Source: Desulfobacterales bacterium (GTDB lineage Bacteria; Desulfobacterota; Desulfobacteria; Desulfobacterales; UBA11574). Taken from it: DNA of 51,934 nt. How positions within the stretch are numbered: the first letter of the stretch is position 1; each line of letters opens with the position of its first letter. Where the stretch lies: assembly GCA_020345745.1 (NCBI GenBank), contig CP070768.1, positions 3,347,395-3,399,328 on the forward strand. Reading direction: 5' to 3'. The notes under the pieces were generated by a model. The model did not search any database and was not told the origin of the DNA. It was given only the letters and a program-made list of their open reading frames with translations. Below, in pieces: positions 39,222-50,650 of this stretch. The position numbers were made by a program, and so were the translations under genes.

Positions 39222-39713
39222 TTATTTAAGCAGCCCGGATTCGGCGTCATCTAGATTGGGCGCAACACCTATTTCGACGTAGGTATAAAACTCTTTCTCG
39301 TTAATGTTAATCACGCACCACCGATTCTCCTTTTGAAATAACAATATCGTACTTGTACGCGGAGATTTAAATGACCCCATCGATCTCCAGTTATCTTTCT
39401 CCATATTGTTCTTAAAAAAAACGATCAATGAATTTCTATCGACCCTGCCCTTTAATGCAAGAACCCCTGTGAGAAATCCCGGGGCCTGGACCACATAGGT
39501 CGATCGATTATCGATCTTTAGTTCCTTGGGGAGAAGAATATCTTCGAATTCGTGATAATACGTCGCCGTGTCCTGTTTTTCCTTTACTGACTCGATAGCG
39601 GATTCACTTGGTTTTGACCTAACACCACCACAACCGACAAGCAAAAGAAAAAATACAACCATAACGCCAACATTTAATAGTAGCGTTCTCTTATGTTTGG
39701 TTTTTATCAGCAT
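39222..39713 (-). CDS. Conserved hypothetical lipoprotein
   Basis: Lipobox LVGC; Y.EFEDILLP.EL; start uncertain. Confidence 0.8.
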   Translation of the reverse strand: MLIKTKHKRTLLLNVGVMVVFFLLLVGCGGVRSKPSESAIESVKEKQDTATYYHEFEDILLPKELKIDNRSTYVVQAPGFLTGVLALKGRVDRNSLIVFFKNNMEKDNWRSMGSFKSPRTSTILLFQKENRWCVININEKEFYTYVEIGVAPNLDDAESGLLK

Positions 39714-39755
39714 AGAACCTCCGCTTTTGGATCTATCCATAATGTCAAAAAAAAA

Positions 39756-40034
39756 TTATTGTCTATCATTGAGGTGGCTTTGTAATTTCTTTAGCTTTTT
39801 CAATTCGTTCGATGTAATTAACAGATCAATCCATTGAATAAATAATTGGATAAGTCTTTCTAAGTTACTGCCAAAACGTTTCTTTTCCAACTCGGAAATG
39901 GCATTCAAAAGATCCTGTCGATCCGGTTCGCGTCTTAGAAGGTATTGGTAGATCCTGGCTGCTTTTTCATATTTACCCTGGTCATCAAAGATCTTTGCCA
40001 TGGTTTCTGTGTAGAAAACGTCATCTTCAATCAA
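39756..40034 (-). CDS. Short TPR-like protein
   Basis: TETMAKIF.DQG.YEKA..IY..LL..EP. Confidence 0.8.
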   Translation of the reverse strand: MIEDDVFYTETMAKIFDDQGKYEKAARIYQYLLRREPDRQDLLNAISELEKKRFGSNLERLIQLFIQWIDLLITSNELKKLKKLQSHLNDRQ

Positions 40035-40329
40035 TTTGCGGCTTCCTGTTATTTGGCGGTTTTAAAATAACTTCATCTTTGCCGACAACACCCAGCTCCT
40101 GCCGTGCTACATTTTCAACATACTCGGGATCATTTTTCAATCTCTCTATTTCTCGGTATAAAGAGAGGTTCTCCTGTTTTAGCGATTCGTTCTTTTGCAA
40201 CAAATCGTCCCTTTCCGTTTTCAGTCTATTTAGATCGATCAGGCCATTGTCGCCGAACACAATAAACAAAAGCAATGACGATAGTAAAAGTATGCTCAAA
40301 GCGATAAGAATCGCTTGTCGTGATTTCAC
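40027..40329 (-). CDS. ftsB: Septum formation initiator (FtsB/DivIC family)
   Basis: TM, FGDNGL, coiled coil, E..AR.ELG. Confidence 0.88.
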   Translation of the reverse strand: MKSRQAILIALSILLLSSLLLFIVFGDNGLIDLNRLKTERDDLLQKNESLKQENLSLYREIERLKNDPEYVENVARQELGVVGKDEVILKPPNNRKPQID

Positions 40330-41918
40330 TTATTTCCCATTCCCTTCTTCGCTATTGTCAACACATGGTTAAGCTCCTGACTCTTTAACAATAATGAAAA
40401 GATACCGTAGAGAATCATACCGATAACAATACTTCCCATGATCCCGATAAAAAGAGACCCAAGTGTTCCGTTTTCAAGCGGGATAATCAGCTGCGCAACT
40501 GCCCAGACAATCATCCCCATAACTGTTGAGCAGATCATTGTCTTGCAGACAGACCGGGTAATACTTAGCAAATCCAACGTCCCTATCTTCATCTTTAAGG
40601 CTTTTACAAGTATGGCAAGGTTCACCATTGAGGCCAAAGAGGTTGCGAGTGCTAGTCCCCCATGTTTTAATGGCCCCATAAGGATAACACCAAGCAGGAT
40701 ATTAACGCCAACCGATATAACGGCGGCACGGACCGGGGTCCAGGTATCCTGCAACGAGTAAAACGTGGAAACCACGATTCGTACAGCAGAAAACGCCCAC
40801 AGACCTATAGTATAATACAAAAGCGCGTATGCAGTCAAACGCGTCGTTTCAGCATCAAATGCGCCCCTTTTAAACAATAGTGCAACAATTGGCTCTCTTA
40901 AAACGATCAGCCCGACCATGGATGGAATGGTAATAAAAAAAACCAGTCTCATGGCATATGAAAACGTATCTCTGACTGCCGGCAGGTCCTTTTTCGCAGC
41001 CTGTCTCGAAAGACTTGGCAGAACAGCGGTTGCCGTGGCTATGGCAAATATACCCAGCGGGAATTGCACCAGACGATCCGCATAATAAAGATACGAAACG
41101 CTCCCCTCGGCAAGCAATGACGCAAGCAGGGTGCCCACCAGAATATTCACTTGATAGACCGCCGAACCAAATATCATAGGGAGCATCAGCAAGCCGATTT
41201 TTTTGAGACCCGGATGATAAACTTTCGCTTTCTCCCAGAAAAAAAACCCTTTTTTAACCAGAAACGGAACCTGTAATACGAGCTGTAAGCAGCCGCCGAT
41301 CAAAACACCAATGGCCAGTCCGACAACAGGATCAGACAAGTTAGGTGAAATTATAAATGCTGCACCGATTATGGAAATATTTAATAAAACCGGCGCCAGT
41401 GCCGGAGCAGCAAAGTGACCGAGCACATTGAGAATACCCATAGAGAGTGCAACCATACCAATAAAGAATATGTATGGGAACATGATGCGCGTCATAAAGA
41501 TGGTAACCGAAAGCTTTTCCGGTGACCCGGCAAAACCGGGAGCAATGACCCGAATGATGATGGGCGACAAGAATATACCGGCAATGGTTAGGGCAACCAG
41601 CAATATTGAAAGCAGCCTTATGGCGGATCTAGCCAATTCAAAAGCATCACCTTTGCCTTGGTTTGCTAGGTATTCGGTAAAGACAGGTATAAATGATACA
41701 CTGAGTGAGCCCTCTGCAAAAAGTCTTCGCATCAGGTTGGGAATTCGGAAAGCGACAAAAAAAGCATCGGAGCTCAACCCCGCACCAAAAAAACCGGCGA
41801 TAACAACATCTCTAACAAAGCCGAAAATACGGCTCAACAATGTCGCTGAGCCGACGACACCGGCAGCCTTTGTCACATGATCATTTTCTGTGGTGGATTG
41901 AGTGGTTGATGGGCTCAT
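40326..41918 (-). CDS. murJ: Lipid II flippase
   Basis: SRIFGFVRD, AFRIPN..RRLFAEG, LYYADRL.QFPLG. Confidence 0.96.
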   Translation of the reverse strand: MSPSTTQSTTENDHVTKAAGVVGSATLLSRIFGFVRDVVIAGFFGAGLSSDAFFVAFRIPNLMRRLFAEGSLSVSFIPVFTEYLANQGKGDAFELARSAIRLLSILLVALTIAGIFLSPIIIRVIAPGFAGSPEKLSVTIFMTRIMFPYIFFIGMVALSMGILNVLGHFAAPALAPVLLNISIIGAAFIISPNLSDPVVGLAIGVLIGGCLQLVLQVPFLVKKGFFFWEKAKVYHPGLKKIGLLMLPMIFGSAVYQVNILVGTLLASLLAEGSVSYLYYADRLVQFPLGIFAIATATAVLPSLSRQAAKKDLPAVRDTFSYAMRLVFFITIPSMVGLIVLREPIVALLFKRGAFDAETTRLTAYALLYYTIGLWAFSAVRIVVSTFYSLQDTWTPVRAAVISVGVNILLGVILMGPLKHGGLALATSLASMVNLAILVKALKMKIGTLDLLSITRSVCKTMICSTVMGMIVWAVAQLIIPLENGTLGSLFIGIMGSIVIGMILYGIFSLLLKSQELNHVLTIAKKGMGNK

Positions 41919-42006
41919 TTAAGGAATTTAGTGCTTGACACGAATTAATTTAATTTGTAAAAGTGTTTTTTTTATCTATAAAACATTTTGAAAGGGATGA
42001 ATAACG

Positions 42007-42273
42007 TTGGCAACTCATAAATCAGCAATAAAACGTGCGCGCCAGAACGAAAAGAGGCGTCTGAGAAACAAGTCAGTAAAGACAAGGGTAAAAAATACCG
42101 TCAAAAATGTACGGCTTGCCATAAACGAAAAATCGAAAGAAGAAGCATTGAAAGAACTTAACAACGCCAAGTCCATTATTGATAAGGCAGCTAAAAAAGG
42201 CGTCATCCACAAAAAAACCGCAGCTCGAAAAATTTCCCGTTTGTCGAAACAGGTGAATACCGTCTCCGCATAA
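42007..42273 (+). CDS. rpsT: 30S ribosomal protein S20
   Basis: KSAIKRARQ, KGVIHK..AARK.SRL. Confidence 0.97.
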   Translation: MATHKSAIKRARQNEKRRLRNKSVKTRVKNTVKNVRLAINEKSKEEALKELNNAKSIIDKAAKKGVIHKKTAARKISRLSKQVNTVSA

Positions 42274-42350
42274 TCGATCGAATCCGCAAAAGACGAACCA
42301 TCCTCTGCATGAATTTCTCACATGGTCCGGGCAATGCGATTGCCGTCTTA

Positions 42351-42866
42351 TTAAAAGTCTTCGGTTAATCGATTAAAAATTTTTTCGGCCAGCCGCTCGG
42401 AAACCCTATTTAGCGCATCCTGTTTCCTTTGCTCGCTGGCCTGTTTATCCGACACAACATCGAAAGCTTCACTTTCTGTGATGTCGTCTTCAGACCAAAC
42501 AACGATGCCATTTCTGTCGGTGAGTTTAGCGTTGAGTGAAACGACCACCCGTCGGGTAAGAGACGTGCTCTCTCCTTTGTGCGCAATGGTGTCGGTACGG
42601 ACAGACGCAACAAGACCGGTAAGGATGCCATCAGCCTGGTCACTTTTTGCTACTGCATCCTTCTTTTTGCGGGTAAATTCATATATAATATCATTGGTAA
42701 TGACATTTTCAAATCCCGTCTCAGCTGACCTGTTGGCAAACACATTGACGTGAATCGATCGAATGCCAGGCGGCAGATTTCCACTTCCGGCAAACCGATA
42801 CCCACAAGCCGAAAAACTCAACAACAAGAAAAGGAGCGCCCAGGCATATTTTTTTTCTAAAACCAT
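42351..42866 (-). CDS. lptE: LptE-family lipoprotein
   Basis: Lipobox FSACGY; downstream of leuS. Confidence 0.85.
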   Translation of the reverse strand: MVLEKKYAWALLFLLLSFSACGYRFAGSGNLPPGIRSIHVNVFANRSAETGFENVITNDIIYEFTRKKKDAVAKSDQADGILTGLVASVRTDTIAHKGESTSLTRRVVVSLNAKLTDRNGIVVWSEDDITESEAFDVVSDKQASEQRKQDALNRVSERLAEKIFNRLTEDF

Positions 42867-42958
42867 TTCTCAATGCCTCATTTAAGTCATAAAAACCCAA
42901 CCTCAATTGAACATAAACAAAATGGCAAAACCTATATTATGGCGATTAAAGCCCATAT

Positions 42959-45550
42959 TTAAACAACAATATTCACTAATTTATTTTTAACAACAATCAC
43001 GTTTTTAACCGGTTTATCCTTTATCATTTTCTGAATTCGTTCATCGTCAAGGGCCAATGCCTTGAGGGTTGTTTCATCCGTATCGATTTCAATGTTAAAC
43101 TTGCTTCTGAGTTTGCCGTTTATTTGCACGACGATCACCAGTTCATCTTTGACCAGAGCATCCTCCCGAAAAGAAGGCCACTTCGCAAGCATGATACTCT
43201 CCTTAATCCCCATAGTTTCACGAAGCTCCTCTGCAAAATGAGGAACAAAAGGCGACAAGAGAAGTGCGACAGATTCCATGGCTAATCTCATGACCGAATT
43301 CACGTGCGGACTCTTGTTCACAGGGTCGATTCCGTACATCATGTTAACCAGCTCCATCACAGCACTGATCGCTGTATTGAAATGAAATCGATCCTCGATA
43401 TCCTTGGTAACTTTATATACCGTTGCGTGGGTTTTCTGGAATAGCTCACGCAGTTTACCTCCGAGCTGGTCAATATCTCCATCAAAAGGTGATGTGGTTT
43501 TAATCGCGTCGATCCATTTCGATGCAAGACGCCAAACGCGGTTCAGAAACCGATAACCGCCTTCGACACCCTGCTCGCTCCACTCCAAATCTCTTTCCGG
43601 TGGTGCGGCAAAAAGGCAAAAGAGTCTGGTGGTATCTGCGCCATATTTTTCCAAGAGAATATGTGGATCGACAACATTCTTTTTCGATTTGGACATCTTT
43701 TCAACGCGACCGACGATAATGGCCTGACGACACTTTTTGCAGCGCCGCTCTTCACTGCTCCCATCCACTTCATCAGGAAGAAGAAAGCCATGCTCTGGGC
43801 ATGATACTGTCTCTTTGCAAACCATCCCTTGGGTCAGCAGGCGCGTGAACGGTTCTTTGCAATGAATAAGCCCGAATTCATTTAATACACGGGTATAATA
43901 CCGGGAATACAAAAGATGTAAAATGGCGTGTTCAACACCGCCGATATATTGGTCCACTGGCATCCAGTAATCTACGGCTTTTTTGTCAAACATGCCTTGA
44001 TGATAATTCGGGCTACAGTATCTTTCATAATACCACGACGATTCCACAAAAGTGTCCATGGTGTCTGTTTCTCTTTTGGCATCCGGTCTGCCGCAATCCG
44101 GACATGACACCTTTAAAAAATAATCGAGGGTCGGAAGCGGCGACCTTCCACCTTCCAAAAGATCTACATCTTCCGGGAGGAGGATCGGAAGGTCCTCTTC
44201 CGGAACAGGGACGACACCGCATGTGTTACAGTAAATAATAGGTATAGGCGCACCCCAATACCTTTGCCTTGAAATACCCCAGTCTCTCAACCTGAAACTG
44301 ACCGCTTTCTTCCCCATATCATTTTCCTCGAGAAAAGAAGCGATGGCGTCAAGGGCATTTACACTGTCCATACCGTTAAATTGGCCTGAATTAATCATAA
44401 TCCCTTCACCCGTAAACGCTTCAGTCATTGTGGCCTCATCGAGATCCGCATCATACGGTTTTACGACTACGATTATTTCCAAGCCGTACTTTTTGGCAAA
44501 GTCGAAATCTCTCTGATCATGCGCAGGCACTGACATGACAGCGCCGGTACCATACTCCATTAGGGCAAAGTTGGCCGTATAGACAGGCATTCTTTTACCG
44601 GTCAAAGGATTGATGCAATAGGCGCCGGTAAAAACGCCCTCTTTTTCAAAACTGTCGATAACCCGGGCCGATCGGTCCTGTAGGGATATGCGCTCAATAA
44701 ATTGGCCCACCTCGACAGCCTGTTGCTTTCCCTCTGACAGCTTCAGCACGAGAGGATGTTCAGGGGCCAGGCACATAAAGGTTGCTCCGCACACGGTATC
44801 TTGCCTCGTGGTGAAAACGGATATGGCCTCATCTGTATCCTCAATTGGAAATCGAATCTCCGCGCCAAAGCTCTTGCCAATCCAATTTTTCTGCATGGTG
44901 ATGACCTTTTCCGGCCATCCGGGCAGCTTATCACAATATGTCAAAAGATCTTCAGCGTAGTCGGTTATGCGAAAGAACCATTGCCAGAGTTCCTTTTGTC
45001 GAACCGGTTGGCTGCACCGCCAGCATGCTCCTGCCTCTACTTGTTCATTTGCCAGTACCGTCTGGCAGGGATCACACCAATTCACATAAGATTCTTTGCG
45101 ATAGGCCATCCCCTTTTGATACATCTTGAGAAAAAGCCATTGTTCCCACCGGTAATATTCAGGGCTGCAAGTAGCGATTTCCCGGTCCCAATCATATGAA
45201 AAACCGAGCCGTTTTAACTGGGACCGCATGCTGTCAATATTTGTATAGGTCCATTTGGCCGGGTGGCTATTATGGGCGATGGCCGCATTTTCGGCAGGCA
45301 TGCCAAAGGCATCCCATCCCATAGGGTGAAGGACGTTGAAGCCTCGCATTCTTTTGTATCGTGCGACCACATCTCCGATCGTATAGTTTCGCACGTGACC
45401 CATATGTATATTGCCGGACGGGTATGGGAACATCTCGAGCAAATAATATTTCTCCTTTTCAGGATCATCTTCTACCTTAAAAAGCTGAGAGGCTTCCCAA
45501 AATTTTTGCCATTTAGGCTCTATTGCTTTAGGATCGTATCTTTCATCCAT
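42959..45550 (-). CDS. leuS: Leucine--tRNA ligase
   Basis: MFPYPSG.HMGH, KMSKS, DTMDTF. Confidence 0.98.
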   Translation of the reverse strand: MDERYDPKAIEPKWQKFWEASQLFKVEDDPEKEKYYLLEMFPYPSGNIHMGHVRNYTIGDVVARYKRMRGFNVLHPMGWDAFGMPAENAAIAHNSHPAKWTYTNIDSMRSQLKRLGFSYDWDREIATCSPEYYRWEQWLFLKMYQKGMAYRKESYVNWCDPCQTVLANEQVEAGACWRCSQPVRQKELWQWFFRITDYAEDLLTYCDKLPGWPEKVITMQKNWIGKSFGAEIRFPIEDTDEAISVFTTRQDTVCGATFMCLAPEHPLVLKLSEGKQQAVEVGQFIERISLQDRSARVIDSFEKEGVFTGAYCINPLTGKRMPVYTANFALMEYGTGAVMSVPAHDQRDFDFAKKYGLEIIVVVKPYDADLDEATMTEAFTGEGIMINSGQFNGMDSVNALDAIASFLEENDMGKKAVSFRLRDWGISRQRYWGAPIPIIYCNTCGVVPVPEEDLPILLPEDVDLLEGGRSPLPTLDYFLKVSCPDCGRPDAKRETDTMDTFVESSWYYERYCSPNYHQGMFDKKAVDYWMPVDQYIGGVEHAILHLLYSRYYTRVLNEFGLIHCKEPFTRLLTQGMVCKETVSCPEHGFLLPDEVDGSSEERRCKKCRQAIIVGRVEKMSKSKKNVVDPHILLEKYGADTTRLFCLFAAPPERDLEWSEQGVEGGYRFLNRVWRLASKWIDAIKTTSPFDGDIDQLGGKLRELFQKTHATVYKVTKDIEDRFHFNTAISAVMELVNMMYGIDPVNKSPHVNSVMRLAMESVALLLSPFVPHFAEELRETMGIKESIMLAKWPSFREDALVKDELVIVVQINGKLRSKFNIEIDTDETTLKALALDDERIQKMIKDKPVKNVIVVKNKLVNIVV

Positions 45551-45602
45551 TGTCGGTCATTTACCTCAATACAATTTTTAAATAGGGTTAAAATTGATCA
45601 AA

Positions 45603-45749
45603 TACAAGCCATCTGAAAAATATAGATTACGCTCAAGGACAAGGCGCGGGCCGATGAAATAGCGCAGCATACATGGGGGTATGTGAGCATTTTGAAGAGG
45701 CTCGCAACACCGTAATTGGGCGTTAGATGTATTTTTGAGATGGCTTGTA
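45603..45749. mobile_element. MITE (147 bp)
   Basis: 22-bp TIR with 20/22 match (TACAAGCCATCTGAAAAATATA / TGTATTTTTGAGATGGCTTGTA); TA at both ends; second copy at 7840-7987. Confidence 0.85.
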
Positions 45750-45888
45750 GTGACTTTTCATGCCATAACATGTTATAAATAGCAAGATCAGAAATCGTTT
45801 GACTTGTTTATAACAATTTCATACTCATTCCCAGTATGAATTTGTTAAACCCCTTTCACCTAGACGGAGAATAAGGATACGTATCTAA

Positions 45889-47349
45889 ATGAACATAAAG
45901 ATCCTTATCAATGCCATAGATCACGAAGAATGCCGGATTGCAAAAGTCAAAGACCTTAAGCTAGAAGAATTCCATATCGAAAGCGCTGCAAAGGAAATTA
46001 CCCAGGGTAACATTTACAAGGCGGTTATTACCCGTGTTGAACCCAGCTTACAGGCGGTATTTGTCGATTATGGCGCCGAAAAGAACGGATTTTTGCAAAA
46101 ACATGAAATACATCGTGACTATTTTTTAGACAGCCTTTCAGGAGACCATTCCATAAAAAAAATCGTCCGGCGAGGACAAGAACTCATGGTACAGGTCACC
46201 AAAGACCCACTGATGCATAAAGGAGCGATGCTGACCACCTACATATCACTTCCCGGAAGATATGTCGTGCTTATGCCTGGCAGCGACCACCGGGGTATTT
46301 CTAGAAAAATAGAAGATGAAAATGAACGCAATCGGCTTAAGGGAATCGTCAATAAACTTAAGCTTCCGGAAGGATTCGGTATCATCGTACGCACTGCCGG
46401 GACCAACTGCACCAAAACCAAGATGTCCAAGGATGTCAATTATCTTTTACGGCTCTGGAAAAACATTAAAAAAAATATAATGAAGCTGCCAACGCCAACC
46501 CTCCTTTATAAAGAACAAACGCTTGCCTTACGATCGATCCGAGACTATTTTACGCCGGATGTGGAAGAAATCCTCATAGACGATGCCGCCGTTTACCAGG
46601 AAGTAAAAGATTTTGTTAAAATTATATCCCGAAAGCACACCAAAATCGTTAAACACTATAAAGGGGACAAACCGATATTCACGAAATATCAGCTGGAGAA
46701 CCAGATAGCATCCATATATGAAAGCCGGGTCAAATTGAAATCCGGTGGCACCATCGTCATCGCTCAGACGGAAGCGTTGGTTGCCGTTGATGTCAATTCA
46801 GGTAAAGCAACACGAAAAAAAACCATTGAACAGACCGCGCTGCAAACCAACATTGAAGCAGCCGAAGAGATTGCCCGCCAGTTGCGACTCAGGGATCTGG
46901 GCGGCCTCATTGTTATCGATTTTATCGACATGAAAGACAAAAAGCATAAATCGGAAGTTGAGAGGGCCTTTAGAAGTCATATGAAACTGGACAAGGCCAG
47001 ATCAAAAATAAGCAGAATATCCAAGTTTGGTCTTTTGGAAATGTCAAGGCAACGAATTCGACCCTCCATTGAATTCGGGAGTTTCGAAAACTGCGGCCAT
47101 TGTAAAGGAAAGGGTCTGATTCCGTCCACCGAAATGCTCTCTCTTGACTTTCTCCGCAAGCTCCGCCTTGAAACGCTAAAAAATGATATTACCCGGGTAA
47201 AGGGATTGGTTCCGTTTGAAGTCGCCGACTATTTATTGAACAGGAAACGCAAAGACATTCTCGATCTGGAAATTAGAAGAGATCTTTCCATTTCCATAGA
47301 GGGCGATAGTTCCATCATACCGGGCAACAGCAAAATTATATGTAAATAA
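45889..47349 (+). CDS. rng: Ribonuclease E/G family (catalytic domain only)
   Basis: GNIYK..ITRVEPSLQA.FVDYG, DVNSG, LRDLGGLIVIDFIDM, CxxC.G.G. Confidence 0.92.
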   Translation: MNIKILINAIDHEECRIAKVKDLKLEEFHIESAAKEITQGNIYKAVITRVEPSLQAVFVDYGAEKNGFLQKHEIHRDYFLDSLSGDHSIKKIVRRGQELMVQVTKDPLMHKGAMLTTYISLPGRYVVLMPGSDHRGISRKIEDENERNRLKGIVNKLKLPEGFGIIVRTAGTNCTKTKMSKDVNYLLRLWKNIKKNIMKLPTPTLLYKEQTLALRSIRDYFTPDVEEILIDDAAVYQEVKDFVKIISRKHTKIVKHYKGDKPIFTKYQLENQIASIYESRVKLKSGGTIVIAQTEALVAVDVNSGKATRKKTIEQTALQTNIEAAEEIARQLRLRDLGGLIVIDFIDMKDKKHKSEVERAFRSHMKLDKARSKISRISKFGLLEMSRQRIRPSIEFGSFENCGHCKGKGLIPSTEMLSLDFLRKLRLETLKNDITRVKGLVPFEVADYLLNRKRKDILDLEIRRDLSISIEGDSSIIPGNSKIICK

Positions 47350-47547
47350 TAACTTGCACGAAAATTGATGAAAATCTTTTACTTACTTAGCTGAATTGGA
47401 ATTATACCAGATCGTACCATTATATACTTGTCCCAAAAAGAAATAATTGACCTAAACAATCATTTGAAGTATATGAGCGCCACTTTTATCATAACAACAT
47501 CCTCAATAGAGGGAAACTGTTAACATATACACCAAGGAGGTTATGCT

Positions 47548-47916
47548 TTGATAGACATCGCCTATGCAATGGGCCAAGGCGGAGCAGCCGGGGGACAAGG
47601 AGCCGGTGGATTTTCAGGCTTCATACCCCTGATTTTAATGTTCGTAATATTCTATTTTCTGCTTATTCGGCCCCAACAAAAGAAAACGAAAGAACATCGT
47701 GAAATGATTAGTCGACTAAAAAAGGGAGACCGCATCATCACAAGTGGTGGTCTTCACGGTCGAATTACGGGTGTAAGTGACACAACAGCAACGGTGGAAA
47801 TAGCCGACAAGGTCCGCGTGAAAATTGCACGCGGCAATGTCTCCCAGGTCATCCAATCTTCTTCACCGACAAAGTCGACAAAAGAAAGTAAGTCTGAATC
47901 AGGAAAAACAAAATAA
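47548..47916 (+). CDS. yajC: Preprotein translocase subunit YajC
   Basis: FYFLLIRPQQK, L.KGD.I.T.GG..G. Confidence 0.96.
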   Translation: MIDIAYAMGQGGAAGGQGAGGFSGFIPLILMFVIFYFLLIRPQQKKTKEHREMISRLKKGDRIITSGGLHGRITGVSDTTATVEIADKVRVKIARGNVSQVIQSSSPTKSTKESKSESGKTK

Positions 47917-48004
47917 ATAGTATCGCATTATATATCGTTTTTAATCCCGAGCCATCTCAATTCGTCAGATTTTGAGGTGGCTTCTGGTAGAAAGGAAAAG
48001 ATCA

Positions 48005-49582
48005 TTGGCAAACCTTTCATGGCGGTTGGTTACAGTTCTCGTGGTGGTCATCACTGCGATAATCTATGTACTACCCTCAATACAACCGACCTTATGGCCG
48101 TATAAAAAAATAAACTTGGGTCTCGATCTTCAAGGCGGTATGCATCTCGTCCTTGAAGTAGACACCGATAAAGCCGTTGAAAGCACCATAGAGAGAATAA
48201 GCCACGAACTTCGCAGGTTTTTCAAAAAAGAACACATCCGCCACAGGGGTGTCAGCATCATAGAAAGCACCCGAATATCGGTTAACATCAAGGGACAAAA
48301 AAATATCGATGCATTTGAGATGCTTTTGGATAAAGAATTCCAAGATTTACGTATACTTTCGAGATCAATGGAGAATGAAACACTTAGCGTAATCGTCGAT
48401 CTCCCGGATAAAGAAGCCGATCATATCAAAAAGCTGGCAGCCGAACAGGCCCTTGAAACCATCAGAAACAGAATCGATCAATTTGGCGTTAGTGAACCGG
48501 ATATTCGCCAACAGGGAGATAGGCGGATACTCGTACAGCTTCCTGGAATCAAAGATACCCAGAGAGCCAAAGACCTCATCGGAAAGACAGCGCTTTTGGA
48601 ATTCAAATTGCTTGACGAAGTCCATGACTTAGAAGCTGCTCTGCAAGGAAATGTTCCTCCTGGAAGCGAAATCCTCTACGAAGCAAAAGAAAATCCCGAA
48701 ACACGTCGTATAACAAAGATACCTTATCTAATAAAAAAAAGGACGCTGCTGACAGGTGCCAACCTGACCGATGCAAGGGTTCAAATAGATTCCCAATATA
48801 ACGAGCCGTATGTTTCGATCAATTTTGACAAAAAAGGGGGTAGAGACTTTGAAAGAATAACCGCGGCGAATGTAAAAAAACGTCTTGCCATCGTCTTAGA
48901 TAAACGGGTGTATTCAGCGCCGGTTATTCAGGAAAAAATTTCCGGCGGACAGGCGCGTATTACCGGCAATTTTACCACTGAAGAGGCGCACGATCTTGCC
49001 ATCGTACTCCGAGCGGGTGCGCTACCCGCCCCAGTCCATATCCTCGAAGAACGGACGGTCGGCCCTTCCCTTGGTTCTGACTCAATTCACAAGGGTATTG
49101 TTTCAATGATCGTGGGCGGCATCCTCGTCATCCTATTTATGATTATCTATTATAGAGGCGCAGGGCTTATCGCTGATTTTGCGCTAACTCTCAACATTAT
49201 TCTCATTGCTGCAGGATTGGCAGGTTTTCAGGCCACGTTAACGCTTCCGGGGATCGCAGGAATCATACTTACCATCGGCATGGCTGTTGACGCCAATGTT
49301 CTCATTTTTGAGCGGATACGGGAAGAAATGAACCTTGGGAAAACGCCCCGAGCCTCGGTGGATGCCGGCTACGACCGAGCCACCATAACGATCCTGGATG
49401 CCAACGTAACCACCCTTATAGCAGCTCTTGTCTTGTTCCAGTTTGGAACCGGCCCGGTTAAAGGATTTGCCGTAACGCTCAGTTTAGGTGTTCTCTCTAG
49501 CCTGTTTACAGCCCTTATATTAACACGTTTGATATTCGATTACTATTTAACCAAACGAAAAGTCAAAACACTCAGCATTTAG
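48005..49582 (+). CDS. secD: Protein translocase subunit SecD
   Basis: LGLDLQGG, RIDQFGVSEP, GMAVDANVLIFERIREE; TTG start after AAGGA. Confidence 0.97.
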   Translation: MANLSWRLVTVLVVVITAIIYVLPSIQPTLWPYKKINLGLDLQGGMHLVLEVDTDKAVESTIERISHELRRFFKKEHIRHRGVSIIESTRISVNIKGQKNIDAFEMLLDKEFQDLRILSRSMENETLSVIVDLPDKEADHIKKLAAEQALETIRNRIDQFGVSEPDIRQQGDRRILVQLPGIKDTQRAKDLIGKTALLEFKLLDEVHDLEAALQGNVPPGSEILYEAKENPETRRITKIPYLIKKRTLLTGANLTDARVQIDSQYNEPYVSINFDKKGGRDFERITAANVKKRLAIVLDKRVYSAPVIQEKISGGQARITGNFTTEEAHDLAIVLRAGALPAPVHILEERTVGPSLGSDSIHKGIVSMIVGGILVILFMIIYYRGAGLIADFALTLNIILIAAGLAGFQATLTLPGIAGIILTIGMAVDANVLIFERIREEMNLGKTPRASVDAGYDRATITILDANVTTLIAALVLFQFGTGPVKGFAVTLSLGVLSSLFTALILTRLIFDYYLTKRKVKTLSI

Positions 49583-49612
49583 ATAGCGCGCTATATGACA
49601 AGGATTTAACTC

Positions 49613-50650
49613 ATGCAATTGATTAAACCGGACATCAATATCAATTTTATCGGCAAAAGTAAAATCGCTTTCTTCATATCTGTGTTAATGATTCTTGTAA
49701 GTATCGCTTCACTCTTAATCCATAAAGGCCCCAGGTACGGCATCGATTTTGCCGGCGGGACATTGATACAGATCAAATTTGCCGATCCGGTAAATATCGA
49801 TGATATAAAGTCAGGACTCGCCACAATAGATATCGGGAAATCATCTGTACAGCAGTTTGGAGATCAAACAGATAACGAATACCTTGTTCGAACTGAAATG
49901 GCCGGTATTACTGAACAGGGTTTTTCGACCAACCTCCAAAAGACATTGGCGTCCGCAACCGGAAGTGGCGTGGAAGTCCGCCGCGTGGAAATGGTCGGTC
50001 CCCAGGTGGGAAAAGACTTACGGGAAAAAGCCTTGTTCGCTATGTTTTATGCCCTGCTCTTTATTACGATTTATATTTCTTGGCGTTTTGAACTCAAGCT
50101 GATGACCAGTGGCATTATGGCAGGAACACTCATGGGTGCTGTCTATTCCCTATCCTATTTTGACGTGAGCATCCCTTTTCTTATCGCAGCCGCGCTCATT
50201 GTTACCATCTTGCTTTTTTGGTTTTTAGAACTCAAATATGCCATGGGGGCCATTGTTGCGCTGATCCATGATGTTACGATTACCGTGGGCCTTTTCTCTA
50301 TTTTCGATAAGGAGTTTACCCTACCGATTATTGCGGCCCTTCTGACCATCATAGGGTATTCTCTCAATGACACCATTATTGTTTTTGACAGAATCCGGGA
50401 AAACCTGAAAAAATACCATAAAAATCCATTAGATTTTGTTATTAACAGAAGCGTAAATGAGACCCTCAGCCGTACCATACTCACTTCGGTTACCACACTA
50501 GTTGTGGTGGTGTCCCTGTTCGTTCTTGGGGGCGGCATTATCCATGATTTTGCATTTGCGATGATTGTCGGCATTCTCATCGGAACATACTCTTCAATTT
50601 ATGTTGCCAGTCCCATACTTCTCTCATGGCAGGGACGCAGAAAAAAATAA
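49613..50650 (+). CDS. secF: Protein translocase subunit SecF
   Basis: GIDFAGG, VGPQVG, GYSLNDTIIVFDRIRE. Confidence 0.97.
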   Translation: MQLIKPDININFIGKSKIAFFISVLMILVSIASLLIHKGPRYGIDFAGGTLIQIKFADPVNIDDIKSGLATIDIGKSSVQQFGDQTDNEYLVRTEMAGITEQGFSTNLQKTLASATGSGVEVRRVEMVGPQVGKDLREKALFAMFYALLFITIYISWRFELKLMTSGIMAGTLMGAVYSLSYFDVSIPFLIAAALIVTILLFWFLELKYAMGAIVALIHDVTITVGLFSIFDKEFTLPIIAALLTIIGYSLNDTIIVFDRIRENLKKYHKNPLDFVINRSVNETLSRTILTSVTTLVVVVSLFVLGGGIIHDFAFAMIVGILIGTYSSIYVASPILLSWQGRRKK

